In this document: positions 6,875-16,740 of the stretch, piece by piece
Layout of the letters: each line of letters opens with the position of its first letter
Position numbering within the stretch: the first letter of the stretch is position 1
From: a virus
Taxonomy: Duplodnaviria; Caudoviricetes
Virus record (IMG/VR): IMGVR_UViG_3300025569_000023
Coordinates: 1 to 39,011 of that record
DNA length: 39,011 nucleotides
Strand: one strand, 5' to 3'
Notes under the pieces: generated by a model
What the model was told of the DNA's origin: nothing
What the model saw: the letters and a program-made list of their open reading frames with translations, nothing else
Database searches by the model: none
Program-made: the position numbers and the translations under genes

Positions 6875-7028
6875 ATCAAAAAGGAAGAAAATGTTATCAA
6901 ACACGTACTCACACGCTGCAAATAGGATAGCTCACATACTGAGACTGTCCTATTCTTATATAAAGTATTTTCCTTTTTGATTATGATTTGTTTCATTCAG
7001 AGGGCATCAACAGCGATGCCTCTTTTTT
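6875..7028 (+). ncRNA. putative structured small RNA or attenuator leader
   Basis: Closing stem ATCAAAAAGGAA (6875-6886) / TTCCTTTTTGAT (6970-6981), inner hairpin 6921-6954, terminator 6999-7028; begins right after P5. Confidence 0.55.
6999..7028 (+). terminator. Rho-independent terminator
   Basis: AGAGGGCATC-AACAGC-GATGCCTCT followed by a T run. Confidence 0.8.
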
Positions 7029-7069
7029 CCATGTATTCCTTATTAATTGATCATTAAACATTATTTATC

Positions 7070-7879
7070 ATGGCTAAACGTAGAGAAAAGACCACTGAAG
7101 ATTTAAGCGCCGTTGCAGTAAAAACTATCGGCGAAAAAGCAGTTGCAAAAAGATCTACTGCTATCCAGCAAATGAAGTTCATGGATAAAGAAGGTTTTAA
7201 ACAAATCCTCGAATCCACTGCCGGACTTACCCTGGAAGAACATACTTTAATGATGGCCAATGTGATGCAACGTTCTTATTATGAATTGTCTGCACACTTG
7301 TACATGGTTAAAACCCATGAAAAATACAAAGAAAAGTACGAAACGATTGAACAATGGGCAGGTGAAGAATTTAATTGGAGTCGTCAGCGGGTATATGAAT
7401 ATTTGGATGCATTTGAAATTACTACAAAATTGTTACAATTCGTTCCAAAAATTTTACCGGCCAATGATTTTCAAGCCAGGTCTCTCAAAGGTTTAGATAT
7501 CGATGATTTAAGAGAAGCCTGGGATATCGTACAACAAAGAGTATCTGATGGTGAAAAACTAACAGCCGGGTTAATTTCCAGGACAGTTAGCGATATCAAA
7601 AAGATCAAAAAAACTGCAAATGTTGGCGATGAAGCGGTATTGGACCAGGAAAAAGAACCTACACCAGCTGTTCTATTGGATAAAGAAGGAAATGAATTAC
7701 CTCCTCCAATCCAAGAACCGAGTCAGAAAAGTACTATATTTTCTGCCGCTCCCGAAGTTGAAAAAAGGATAGAAGTAATGGCTGCATATTTGTTTGCACA
7801 TCTTCGAGAAAACGATTTTGGAGCAAACGATATCAAGGATGTGGCCCTGGTTTTGCTTGATAAAGCATCAGAACTATAA
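7070..7879 (+). CDS. putative HTH DNA-binding protein
   Basis: YETIEQWAGEEFNWSRQRVYEYLDA..LPANDFQARSL..REAW resembles a widespread phage HTH family (FEEYC..WSRxxAYxLIxA..LPxNExQxRPL). Confidence 0.55.
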   Translation: MAKRREKTTEDLSAVAVKTIGEKAVAKRSTAIQQMKFMDKEGFKQILESTAGLTLEEHTLMMANVMQRSYYELSAHLYMVKTHEKYKEKYETIEQWAGEEFNWSRQRVYEYLDAFEITTKLLQFVPKILPANDFQARSLKGLDIDDLREAWDIVQQRVSDGEKLTAGLISRTVSDIKKIKKTANVGDEAVLDQEKEPTPAVLLDKEGNELPPPIQEPSQKSTIFSAAPEVEKRIEVMAAYLFAHLRENDFGANDIKDVALVLLDKASEL

Positions 7880-7884
7880 ACGTT

Positions 7885-8148
7885 ATGGAAGAAAAACTTA
7901 AAAAAGAAGTGCTGATTATCATCAAGCAAACCCGCGGTAAATTGAACTATACTGAAAAAGTTCAACTTATTAATAAATTACAACCAGAACTTAGTAAAAA
8001 AATTATTGCTGAATTATTAGGTTGTGATTATTCATTAGTTACCGCTGCTTTACGAAGTTCTATTAGACCAGTTGTTAGAGGAACTTTAGCAGTAAAGATA
8101 CGAAAACAATTGGCTAAGAAAAAACGTGAAAAAGATGATAACACATGA
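7885..8148 (+). CDS. small basic HTH protein (putative regulator)
   Basis: LSKKIIAELLGCDYSLVTAAL helix-turn-helix pattern with a basic tail. Confidence 0.6.
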   Translation: MEEKLKKEVLIIIKQTRGKLNYTEKVQLINKLQPELSKKIIAELLGCDYSLVTAALRSSIRPVVRGTLAVKIRKQLAKKKREKDDNT

Positions 8149-8536
8149 ACAATTTTTGAGAATTGCTCTTATAATTGGTTCATCATCATATTGTAAACGC
8201 CTTCAAGTGGGTGCTGTTATAGTTCGTGATAATCGTATGATTTCAACGGGCTATAATGGTACCCTACCTGGGGGTATTAATAATTGTGAAGATGAAAATT
8301 ATATGACAAATGCAGATGTAGTTCATGCAGAAGCCAATGCAATCTTATATGCTGCTAAAACCGGTATACCTTTGAATAATTCAATAATGTATGTTACACA
8401 TTCACCTTGTGAAAATTGTGCAAAAATGATTATTCAAAGCGGTATTAAAGAAGTATATATCGGTGACGGTTATGGAAATAATGATGGTTTAATATTATTA
8501 ATGAATAACAATGTCAAAATTTCAATAAAGTCATGA
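8126..8536 (+). CDS. dCMP deaminase (ComEB-like)
   Basis: VGAVIV, TGYNG, HAEANA and PCENC zinc motifs; the start may be ATG 8135. Confidence 0.93.
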   Translation: MKKMITHEQFLRIALIIGSSSYCKRLQVGAVIVRDNRMISTGYNGTLPGGINNCEDENYMTNADVVHAEANAILYAAKTGIPLNNSIMYVTHSPCENCAKMIIQSGIKEVYIGDGYGNNDGLILLMNNNVKISIKS

Positions 8537-8781
8537 ATACAATATTAAATATTATATATTTACAAATCATATTAGGTATTTTTGGTTGGTTAGTTTATAT
8601 GTTGTATACAACTAATCAACAAATAAAAAAAGAACTGAAATTAAAACATAAAAAAAATACAATTCAATTTCAAAAACAATTGGATGAATTAACACAAGCT
8701 TATAAAACAAATGAATTAACTCTAAAAGAATATCATAAAGCCATTGAAAAAGTTCTAAATATTAAAACAGAATCAAAATGA
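8533..8781 (+). CDS. single-TM membrane protein
   Basis: N-terminal hydrophobic helix followed by a charged coiled tail. Confidence 0.7.
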   Translation: MNTILNIIYLQIILGIFGWLVYMLYTTNQQIKKELKLKHKKNTIQFQKQLDELTQAYKTNELTLKEYHKAIEKVLNIKTESK

Positions 8782-9491
8782 ATCAACCAATATTTAATAC
8801 ACGTGGCGAAGCTTTTTTATATCTAGGTAATAAAATACTTACAGAAGGTATTAGTCGAGGTTATTCTGAAAAATCTGATCAAACAACAGAAGCTATCTTT
8901 AATGTCTCTATAGGTATTAAAGATTATACCATTAATGATTTTCCAGAATGGAGAAAGTATAGTGAAGAATATATGAAAACAGAAATATTATATTACTTTA
9001 CTGGAGATAATAAAACCGGTATAATGAATAAATATAAATTATGGAAACAAATAACAAATAAATTAGGTTTAAACTGGAACAATTATGGGTGGCACATGAG
9101 ATTAAATGAACAAGGAAGATATTGTGCTAAATTATTAGCTTATAATAAGTATTCTCGACAAGCAGTCGCCACTCTTATGGATTATAAACATGAAATCTAT
9201 GACGGTTCACCACCTTGTAATATTTCTGTTCAATGGTATATAGTGGATAGTAAAGTACATACAAGTGTTAATGTAAGATCTAATGACTTATGGTTTGGTT
9301 TTCCATATGATACTTATTGGTGGGGAGTATATACTGAAAATGTAATACTTGATATTTTAAACAAAGAATATAATCAAAATTATAAATTAGGTACCATATA
9401 TTGGAATGTAGTAGATCTTCATTTATATTATAAACAATTTTTAAAATTTCAAAGCTATGTCACAAAATCCATTAGTCAGCTTCGGAAGTAA
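8778..9491 (+). CDS. thymidylate-synthase-fold enzyme, dCMP (hydroxy)methyltransferase-like
   Basis: NYGW, SRQA, PPC, RSNDLWFGFPYD, LHLY; Asp at the position of ThyA Asn177. Confidence 0.8.
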   Translation: MNQPIFNTRGEAFLYLGNKILTEGISRGYSEKSDQTTEAIFNVSIGIKDYTINDFPEWRKYSEEYMKTEILYYFTGDNKTGIMNKYKLWKQITNKLGLNWNNYGWHMRLNEQGRYCAKLLAYNKYSRQAVATLMDYKHEIYDGSPPCNISVQWYIVDSKVHTSVNVRSNDLWFGFPYDTYWWGVYTENVILDILNKEYNQNYKLGTIYWNVVDLHLYYKQFLKFQSYVTKSISQLRK

Positions 9492-10278
9492 CAACACCAT
9501 GTACCTTAAAGTTTATGATGGTACGCTCATTCAAGACATGGGTCAAAACCCTGAAAGAAAAGAGAATGACGGGTTAGAAATCCGACCGCACAAAACACTC
9601 GGTCAGATTTATTTTCGAAGAATCAGAAACGTTGAAGGATATATTGTTGATTTGAAATTGACCAGGAATCCAATAAAAATTGGTGAAGGTGAGATTATAT
9701 TGGAAAACCTGGATCTTACCATTGGCGATAAACCTGATAAATCTGATTGTTCTGCTCTGGTGTCTATTCAATTTATTTGGGGAAGTCGACCGGCAAACAG
9801 TGTTATGTACTGTATGCATAATGTCAATGTAAAAGCACCTATTCGTTGTTGGGCCAAAGATTGGATGGGTAAAACCTATTTCACAATCGTTCAACAAAAC
9901 GACAAAGGCGAATGGAAAATTGTAAAATCATACTGGACAAAAGAAGATGGTATGGTACCACCATTGGAATTGAAAAAGATTCGTGGAAAAGATGTTTGGG
10001 ATAACACAGACCAAATTGAATTTTTCGAAAACGAACTTGAGAAATTCCGTCAGGCCAATTTTGTCGTTGAATCTGCAAAAACCGATTACGCACCAACCAG
10101 TAAGGCTCGTAAAACCAGTGCATTGAATATGGATACAGATCAATCGATTTTTAATGAATCTGTACCTATGTCTGATATTGTGTTAAAAAACGCCAAAGAG
10201 GATAAAGGTTCTGGTGATCCCGATTTAGATGCACTTCTCGCCACGCCGCCTCCTGCTGCAAAAGGTAAAAAGAAATAG
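9457..10278 (+). CDS. hypothetical replication-associated protein (possible SSB)
   Basis: Beta-rich core with a low-complexity tail, directly upstream of the primase; function inferred from position only. Confidence 0.45.
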   Translation: MSQNPLVSFGSNNTMYLKVYDGTLIQDMGQNPERKENDGLEIRPHKTLGQIYFRRIRNVEGYIVDLKLTRNPIKIGEGEIILENLDLTIGDKPDKSDCSALVSIQFIWGSRPANSVMYCMHNVNVKAPIRCWAKDWMGKTYFTIVQQNDKGEWKIVKSYWTKEDGMVPPLELKKIRGKDVWDNTDQIEFFENELEKFRQANFVVESAKTDYAPTSKARKTSALNMDTDQSIFNESVPMSDIVLKNAKEDKGSGDPDLDALLATPPPAAKGKKK

Positions 10279-10295
10279 ACTTTTTCACATTCAAA

Positions 10296-10324
10296 GGGGT
10301 AGTCATGTGAGGCTACCCTCTTTT
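10296..10324 (+). terminator. Rho-independent terminator
   Basis: GGGTAGTC-ATGTGA-GGCTACCC then TCTTTT. Confidence 0.7.
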
Positions 10325-10345
10325 CACCTTTTAACAAATATATCC

Positions 10346-12589
10346 ATGAATTCGCAAGAAATTTCTTACATTCAAAAAATACGGCGTAATGACATATTAG
10401 TTACACCGTTGATAATAACAGATACGGGTTTAAAAGTACCACCTGTATTTACTAATATAGACAACGAAAGAATAGATTCAATTCATGTATATAAAAAAAC
10501 TACTGAAGATCACCAAATAAATCAATGGTATATCCCTGGTCGCTTTGACAAAACACCCAATGGTATCGGTGTAATAGTTGGAAGTGAAACAAATTTATAT
10601 TGTTTTGATATAGATTTAAAACATATCCAATCTGATGAAAAAAGAATACAAATAGTTGATACCTTGTGGAAATCTTTAAAGGAAATAAATCATAATCTAT
10701 ATAATAAATTAATACCCACTGGAATTAAAACAAGATCAGGTGGTCGTCATTATTATTTTAAATTAGGCTTTGAATATTCATTTACTTCAAACAACCCGCC
10801 GCTACTGGTATTAGATAATAAAACTATTATAGAACTAAGAACTGATGGTTATGTAGCCACATATCCATCTGAAGGTTATGATTTACTTCCTACAACGGAT
10901 ATAAATTTCTGGGATAATTTACCTGTTTTATCAGATATAGAATTTTACGATTTACGAGCAGTTTGTAAACAAATCAGTGATACTAAAATTAAGAAAAAGA
11001 AAATAGCAGAACTACAAAAACTATCACCAATAGAAGCATTTAATGCACAAACAAAGCTTGAAGATTTATTAACATCATTATTTGATTATACTATTTTATA
11101 TCATAATGATACTGATACAAAACTAAAAGTATTACATCCAAATAATCCTACACAACCACATTCCGGTTATATTTACAAAGATGTGGATCCACCTTTTTAT
11201 TATGAACATTCTCAAAATGGTTCATTCGGAGAATATCTAGGTAAACCATTATTCGCACATCAATTATATGCAATCAGTAAAAATATTAGTCCATATGATA
11301 ATAAAACAATTAATCGATTATTATTTACAGAGGAATATGGTTCAATGTGGAATAGTGTTGCTCAAAAACACGATTATACTAAACTCTTATTTACTGAGTT
11401 TTGTGCACAACATGAAGTTTATTATGATTCGTTTAGTAACGCTATTCGATACGGTTCAGGTTTATATATAGATGATGCATTAGTAGCGAAATCCTACGAA
11501 TTTTATAAAATGAATAACGTTATCTTAAATCAATTTGAATTAAAACAGTTATGGTTAAATACTGCTAACTTTGTACAAAAAAATCCGATATACGATTATT
11601 TTAAAAAGTGTTATGATAATTATACTGGTGTTGATGAATTCGCACTCTTAATGCATTACATGAACTTTAAAGATAAAGAACGATTTGAACCATTTGTGCG
11701 TAAATATTTATATCAAATACCGGCTCAAGCTTTGTATAGTAAAGATAATAGAATAGCAGGTTTGCAATCTGATTTAATTTTATACTTATATAGTACAGAA
11801 CATGGACTGGGTAAATCTAGATTTTTTAGTGAGTTTTTATTTCAAAATTTAGATTTATACACAACTACTGCTTTTGCTAAAGATATAAAAGAACAACGTA
11901 TTCAGTTTGCAAATAATATAATGATCTGTGATGATGAAGGTTTTGTTGTTGGCAAAAAAGAAATAGAACATTTGAAAACAATGGTGTCATCTCGTAGAAT
12001 GGATACTACTTTAAAATATCAAAACTACGAACATCAAATGGCTAGACGTGCTGTGTTTAGTATTACTGGTAATCGTAGAGAATTGATAAATGACGATTTT
12101 AATAGACGTATTATAGCTCTTGAAGTTCAATATATAGATGTTGAATCTTTATTAGAAGATGTTGATATTGATAATTTATGGGGACAACTAGCGCATGAAT
12201 ATGAAAATAATCCATCATATTTAACATCTGCAGATATTAAAGAATTGAATCAAGCTACTGAAGAATATAAGAGATATAATAGAGCGGTTGAAATATTACA
12301 AGAATTTTTCGAACCTTATGAAAACATTGTGCCGGCATTAATTAAACAATTACCTATAGAACATCGTTGTTTAAAAAGAAACGATATAATCAGATTAGTA
12401 GAAATTGTTTACCCAAGAGTACAATTGCCTGGCTATGATATTTCAGATGCTATTAAAAAATTAGGTTGGAAAACTAATGTCATTAGATATGGTAATCATA
12501 CTGAAAGAGTATATATATTAAAACCAGCTACTAAGTTAATGACATTAATTAGAACAACTGATTCTTACAAATTAATAAAAAACAAATAA
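10346..12589 (+). CDS. bifunctional primase-polymerase (Prim-Pol) fused to a VirE/VapE-like P-loop helicase
   Basis: FDID, TRSGGRHYYF, ELR..GYVATYPS; Walker A HGLGKS and Walker B ICDDE; ATG 10346 follows the terminator. Confidence 0.88.
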   Translation: MNSQEISYIQKIRRNDILVTPLIITDTGLKVPPVFTNIDNERIDSIHVYKKTTEDHQINQWYIPGRFDKTPNGIGVIVGSETNLYCFDIDLKHIQSDEKRIQIVDTLWKSLKEINHNLYNKLIPTGIKTRSGGRHYYFKLGFEYSFTSNNPPLLVLDNKTIIELRTDGYVATYPSEGYDLLPTTDINFWDNLPVLSDIEFYDLRAVCKQISDTKIKKKKIAELQKLSPIEAFNAQTKLEDLLTSLFDYTILYHNDTDTKLKVLHPNNPTQPHSGYIYKDVDPPFYYEHSQNGSFGEYLGKPLFAHQLYAISKNISPYDNKTINRLLFTEEYGSMWNSVAQKHDYTKLLFTEFCAQHEVYYDSFSNAIRYGSGLYIDDALVAKSYEFYKMNNVILNQFELKQLWLNTANFVQKNPIYDYFKKCYDNYTGVDEFALLMHYMNFKDKERFEPFVRKYLYQIPAQALYSKDNRIAGLQSDLILYLYSTEHGLGKSRFFSEFLFQNLDLYTTTAFAKDIKEQRIQFANNIMICDDEGFVVGKKEIEHLKTMVSSRRMDTTLKYQNYEHQMARRAVFSITGNRRELINDDFNRRIIALEVQYIDVESLLEDVDIDNLWGQLAHEYENNPSYLTSADIKELNQATEEYKRYNRAVEILQEFFEPYENIVPALIKQLPIEHRCLKRNDIIRLVEIVYPRVQLPGYDISDAIKKLGWKTNVIRYGNHTERVYILKPATKLMTLIRTTDSYKLIKNK

Positions 12590-12591
12590 TC

Positions 12592-14523
12592 ATGATCAAA
12601 TTAATTTATGACACAGAGACGTTTAAAGATTTACATCATGTAACTTTTATAAATGTCGATACACTACAAAAATTAAAATTAACCTGGTGGGAAGGTATGC
12701 CATTGGATTTAGCCAATAAAAATAATGAATTATATAAATCAATGGTAGATAGAATAGATGTAATTTGGATAGGTTATAATAATAAAAAATATGACTCTAA
12801 AATGGTAAAATTTTGCGCTGCTTATAATTTTCAAGTGCACAAAATCCTTTATCAATTAAAACAATGGAGTGATTTTATAATAAATAATCGTAAATGGTGG
12901 CAAGAATATAAAAATATCCCGACATTTGCTGAATATAAAAGTTATTATAATATACCTATTCAATTAGATTTATTAGCTTTACATCGGTTACAAAGATCAC
13001 TTAAATCAATTGGCGTTACTATTAATTTTAATAATATTGAAGAATTACCATTTGACCCAGATGAAAGAATTGATGGTGATTTAGAAAAAATTAAAAAAAT
13101 TGAAAATTACTGTGATAATGATTGTATGACTACTTTAGCATTGTATCATTATTCCGAAGGTGAATTAAAAACACGTCGCGCTTTTGCAAATTTATATCCA
13201 GAAACAACCCCTGGATCATATGATTCAATGTCTAGATCTTTATTGTCTCAAATAGTTATTAGAAAATGGATAGCTGACAAAGGTTTAGAATTAAATACAG
13301 TTCATAAAGTACGAGATGCTTTTGCTAAAAGATCTTTTTATGGTAGCAATATATTATTTGATGTATACGATTTTAAAACAAAGGAAGGTAATGAAATATT
13401 AAACTGTGTCAAAAATCATTATTTTGACATGACATTGAATAAACGAACAGAATTTAATCATAAATTAAAATTTGGAAATTGTCAATATTCATTTGGCGAA
13501 GGTGGATTGCATACAAAAGATAGTGGTCTATATGTGGAATCGACTGATACAATAAAATTAGTAGGAGTAGACGTTGAATCTTATTATCCTAATTTGATTT
13601 ATAAATATAAATTGTTTATAAAAACGTTACAATTTTTAGCTGATGAATTAAAAACAATTATAGACGTACGACTCAAAGCTAAACATTCTTTGAACAAATA
13701 TAAAAAAGATACACCTGAATATGATGAAATAGATGGTGTTAATCAATCTCTTAAAATTGTTATCAACGCTATCTCAGGATTATTAGGTTCTCCCGATTCT
13801 GATATTTATTATAAACCTGCACATTTAGCAATGACAATTAATGGGCAATTAATGCTGTTCTCATTGGTTGAAATGCTTGAGCTGAAAGGTTTCGAAGTAT
13901 TTTCAGTTAATACAGATGGTGTATTCTTTTATGCACATAAAGATAAATTAAAAGCTGTAGATAATATATTAAATGAATGGCAACAAAGGATGCAAGTAAA
14001 TCTAGAATTAGATATGTTAAAAACATTTTGTTCAACAGCAACTAATAACTATATGTATGTAACAGAAAAAAACAAAATAAAAGCTGTTGGCATTTTTAAT
14101 ACTAATCCAGATATTGCTAAATCTGCATCAATGGTTGTATTAAGAAAAGCCCTTTTTAATTTTGTAGTTAATAAAACACCTGTTAATGATACTATTTTAA
14201 ATCATGATAATATTCATGATTTTTTATTAACACAAACAACTGATAAAAAATTTGATGTATTTGTATATAATCCAATTACCAACGAGTGTATACAACCATT
14301 AAAAAAAGTTAATAGATGGTATTGGTCAACTGAAAGTCCATGTAATTTAAGTAAGTTTCAAAATGGTGTATTAAAAGGTAAAATATCTAATAGTGATAAT
14401 TCAGTACCATTGAATAAAATCATAAGTATAAAACCCATTGCTTATCATGATTTAGATTATCAAAGATATATTGAAGAAGCAAAATCTATAATAAATTCAA
14501 TAACCATCACAAACATATTATAA
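12592..14523 (+). CDS. family B DNA polymerase with a 3'-5' exonuclease domain
   Basis: Exo motifs YDTE, GYNNKKYD, YCDND; polymerase motifs DVESYYPN, KIVINAISG, NTDG. Confidence 0.92.
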   Translation: MIKLIYDTETFKDLHHVTFINVDTLQKLKLTWWEGMPLDLANKNNELYKSMVDRIDVIWIGYNNKKYDSKMVKFCAAYNFQVHKILYQLKQWSDFIINNRKWWQEYKNIPTFAEYKSYYNIPIQLDLLALHRLQRSLKSIGVTINFNNIEELPFDPDERIDGDLEKIKKIENYCDNDCMTTLALYHYSEGELKTRRAFANLYPETTPGSYDSMSRSLLSQIVIRKWIADKGLELNTVHKVRDAFAKRSFYGSNILFDVYDFKTKEGNEILNCVKNHYFDMTLNKRTEFNHKLKFGNCQYSFGEGGLHTKDSGLYVESTDTIKLVGVDVESYYPNLIYKYKLFIKTLQFLADELKTIIDVRLKAKHSLNKYKKDTPEYDEIDGVNQSLKIVINAISGLLGSPDSDIYYKPAHLAMTINGQLMLFSLVEMLELKGFEVFSVNTDGVFFYAHKDKLKAVDNILNEWQQRMQVNLELDMLKTFCSTATNNYMYVTEKNKIKAVGIFNTNPDIAKSASMVVLRKALFNFVVNKTPVNDTILNHDNIHDFLLTQTTDKKFDVFVYNPITNECIQPLKKVNRWYWSTESPCNLSKFQNGVLKGKISNSDNSVPLNKIISIKPIAYHDLDYQRYIEEAKSIINSITITNIL

Positions 14524-15347
14524 TGAACGATCTAAGATCTGCTTTTGCAAAAGTAACTTTCCAAGATTTCAATCATTCATATTATCATGAAAAACTTGGA
14601 AAACTTGAATCTTTAACACGGGTATTATCTCAATATATGCCAGAATTTAGAGAAAAATATTGGTTGGCACATGCAGTTGCTAAACAAATGTATGGTGAAA
14701 AACGAATAAAATCCGATTTTAGTCAATCTGTTGAACCGGATCATATAACTGTAGATGGACATAGTTTTCATTATAGTAAATTTTACGAACGTTTCAAATT
14801 TGAAATTACTGGGATAAAAGCGGAATGGAGAGCTGAAAGTAAATTTGGTAAAGACAAAGGTAAATTTGTACACAATCATTTAGAATTATTAGCATATAAT
14901 AAACGTATACCAATTAATAATTATCCTGATAAAGTTAAACCATTTATAGAAGCTACAGAAAATTTTTATGAAGAATATAAAGAAGATTTAAGACCATTGG
15001 CAACAGAAACTGTTGTGTATAGTGAAGAATTTGAAATAGCTGGTATGTTTGATAATTTAAGTACAACACGGATATTATGGGATTTTAAAACAGATAAACG
15101 AATGGAATATCCAAACCCATTTGCGAATTTTAAAAATCCATTGAATACATTCGAAGCCTCGAATAAGAATAAACATTATTTACAAGTTAATGGTTATAAA
15201 TATATGATCGAAGCTTGTACAGATATTAAAGTTAAAAAATGTTTAATTGTAAATATACAAGAATCGGGCTTTAAAGTTTATGAAGTACCTGATTTAACAA
15301 TAGATGTTCTTAGATTATTTAATCATTATAAAATGAATAAATCATGA
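14523..15347 (+). CDS. PD-(D/E)XK exonuclease
   Basis: G..VHNHLE, E..V, AGMFD, WDFKT, LQVNGY. Confidence 0.85.
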   Translation: MNDLRSAFAKVTFQDFNHSYYHEKLGKLESLTRVLSQYMPEFREKYWLAHAVAKQMYGEKRIKSDFSQSVEPDHITVDGHSFHYSKFYERFKFEITGIKAEWRAESKFGKDKGKFVHNHLELLAYNKRIPINNYPDKVKPFIEATENFYEEYKEDLRPLATETVVYSEEFEIAGMFDNLSTTRILWDFKTDKRMEYPNPFANFKNPLNTFEASNKNKHYLQVNGYKYMIEACTDIKVKKCLIVNIQESGFKVYEVPDLTIDVLRLFNHYKMNKS

Positions 15348-15514
15348 GTGCTAAAGCCAAAAAAATCACAATGCTATTTGTTACTTGTCCGGAATGCAAT
15401 GCCGAAAGTGCATATGATTCTGTACAAGTAATAGGCAAATTTTTATTTTTAACATGGATTTGCCCTATTTGTACATCAACCGTATCTTCTAAACCATATA
15501 AAAAAACAATATGA
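15344..15514 (+). CDS. small Zn-ribbon protein (56 aa, not in the ORF track)
   Basis: MSAKAKKITMLFVTCPECNAESAYDSVQVIGKFLFLTWICPICTSTVSSKPYKKTI; ATGA overlaps at both ends. Confidence 0.8.
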   Translation: MSAKAKKITMLFVTCPECNAESAYDSVQVIGKFLFLTWICPICTSTVSSKPYKKTI

Positions 15515-15846
15515 GACCTGCAGAAATTAAAAAATATAAAACCAACATCACTTATGGTGGTGCAGATGGTTTTGCAACAGTTTTGTACTTTGATGGTACA
15601 GTAGACAGTGCTACAGTTATTAGTAATTTTCTAGGTACTAAGGGTATTGAAACCCGTGTTACTGGTATAAATAATACTTATTGGTTAGAAATTTTTTATG
15701 GTCATAATGTTTTAATGGCTTATGAAGATTCAGTTATAATACAACCACAATTTGCAGATCAAAAACATCAAGTATTAGTTATGACTAGTCGCTTATATGA
15801 AATCTTTTTTATAAAAACAGGACAATGGTTTCAATTGGTACATTAA
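15511..15846 (+). CDS. hypothetical protein
   Basis: 111-aa ORF in the operon. Confidence 0.7.
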   Translation: MRPAEIKKYKTNITYGGADGFATVLYFDGTVDSATVISNFLGTKGIETRVTGINNTYWLEIFYGHNVLMAYEDSVIIQPQFADQKHQVLVMTSRLYEIFFIKTGQWFQLVH

Positions 15847-16274
15847 AAGAATTTCAAAAACATTATAACGAGTGGAAAACTCGCGTATCACCGTTGGGTA
15901 AATATGCAGTTACCACTCGTTTTAATGATAAAACTTCAGGCGGTTTAACTGATATGATTGTTGCATTTTTCGAAATGTATGGATTAATGTGTTGGAGAGT
16001 AGATGTACAAGGTACTTTGAGAGAAAAAGACGGTCGAAGTTTTTATGCTACTACAAAAAATAGCAAAGGTGTATCTGATTTATTTACTATTGTAAAAGGT
16101 CATTTCCTTGCTATAGAAGTCAAAATAGGTGCAGATATACAAAGTCCTAAACAGATTGAATTCGAAATAGATATACGTAACCAAGGTGGATCATACATGA
16201 TTGCAAAAACCTGGAATGATTTTTTCACTAAATTTACTAACTGGTATAATACTAATTTCAATGAACAAGAATAA
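15825..16274 (+). CDS. VRR-NUC domain nuclease (resolvase-like)
   Basis: GVSDL..FLAIEVK..QSPKQIEF..GG.Y.IA. Confidence 0.85.
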   Translation: MVSIGTLKEFQKHYNEWKTRVSPLGKYAVTTRFNDKTSGGLTDMIVAFFEMYGLMCWRVDVQGTLREKDGRSFYATTKNSKGVSDLFTIVKGHFLAIEVKIGADIQSPKQIEFEIDIRNQGGSYMIAKTWNDFFTKFTNWYNTNFNEQE

Positions 16275-16629
16275 TACTTGTCGGTGTAATAATTGTGGAA
16301 CATACTTTATATTTGATCATAATGATGAAGAAAATATACGTATATTTCATATAAATAAACCACAACAATTTGCTATTTGTTCTGCAAAATGTAAATATGA
16401 AGCAGCTGATCAGATGGCTGAATTTTTGACTAAATACTTAGGTATGGGAGAAGATGAATTACATTATACAATGTTACAGTTATTATATCCAAATGAAGAA
16501 CAATATTTAGATGATTATATTAAATTTTTAGAATCACATGCAGAAGAATATGGTTTATTTTTAGAAGATGGTAATGCTGAACTTTTTAAACATATATGGA
16601 AACAACAATATTATGCTAACTATAATTAA
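16261..16629 (+). CDS. hypothetical Zn-binding protein
   Basis: CNNC...CSAKC; ATG 16261 preferred. Confidence 0.65.
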   Translation: MNKNNTCRCNNCGTYFIFDHNDEENIRIFHINKPQQFAICSAKCKYEAADQMAEFLTKYLGMGEDELHYTMLQLLYPNEEQYLDDYIKFLESHAEEYGLFLEDGNAELFKHIWKQQYYANYN

Positions 16630-16740
16630 AGTACAAGAATTAAAATTAACCATACCAAATGGCAATTAATGTTTGTGTACGTTTAGAATTATATGAACAA
16701 GCAAATTTATTTCATAAACAACTTTCTAAAACTATTAATC

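Noticed and set aside
14523-15347. Cas4 or CRISPR-linked nuclease
   Set aside because: An ordinary PD-(D/E)XK exonuclease in the replication operon, without the Fe-S cysteine pattern or an array.
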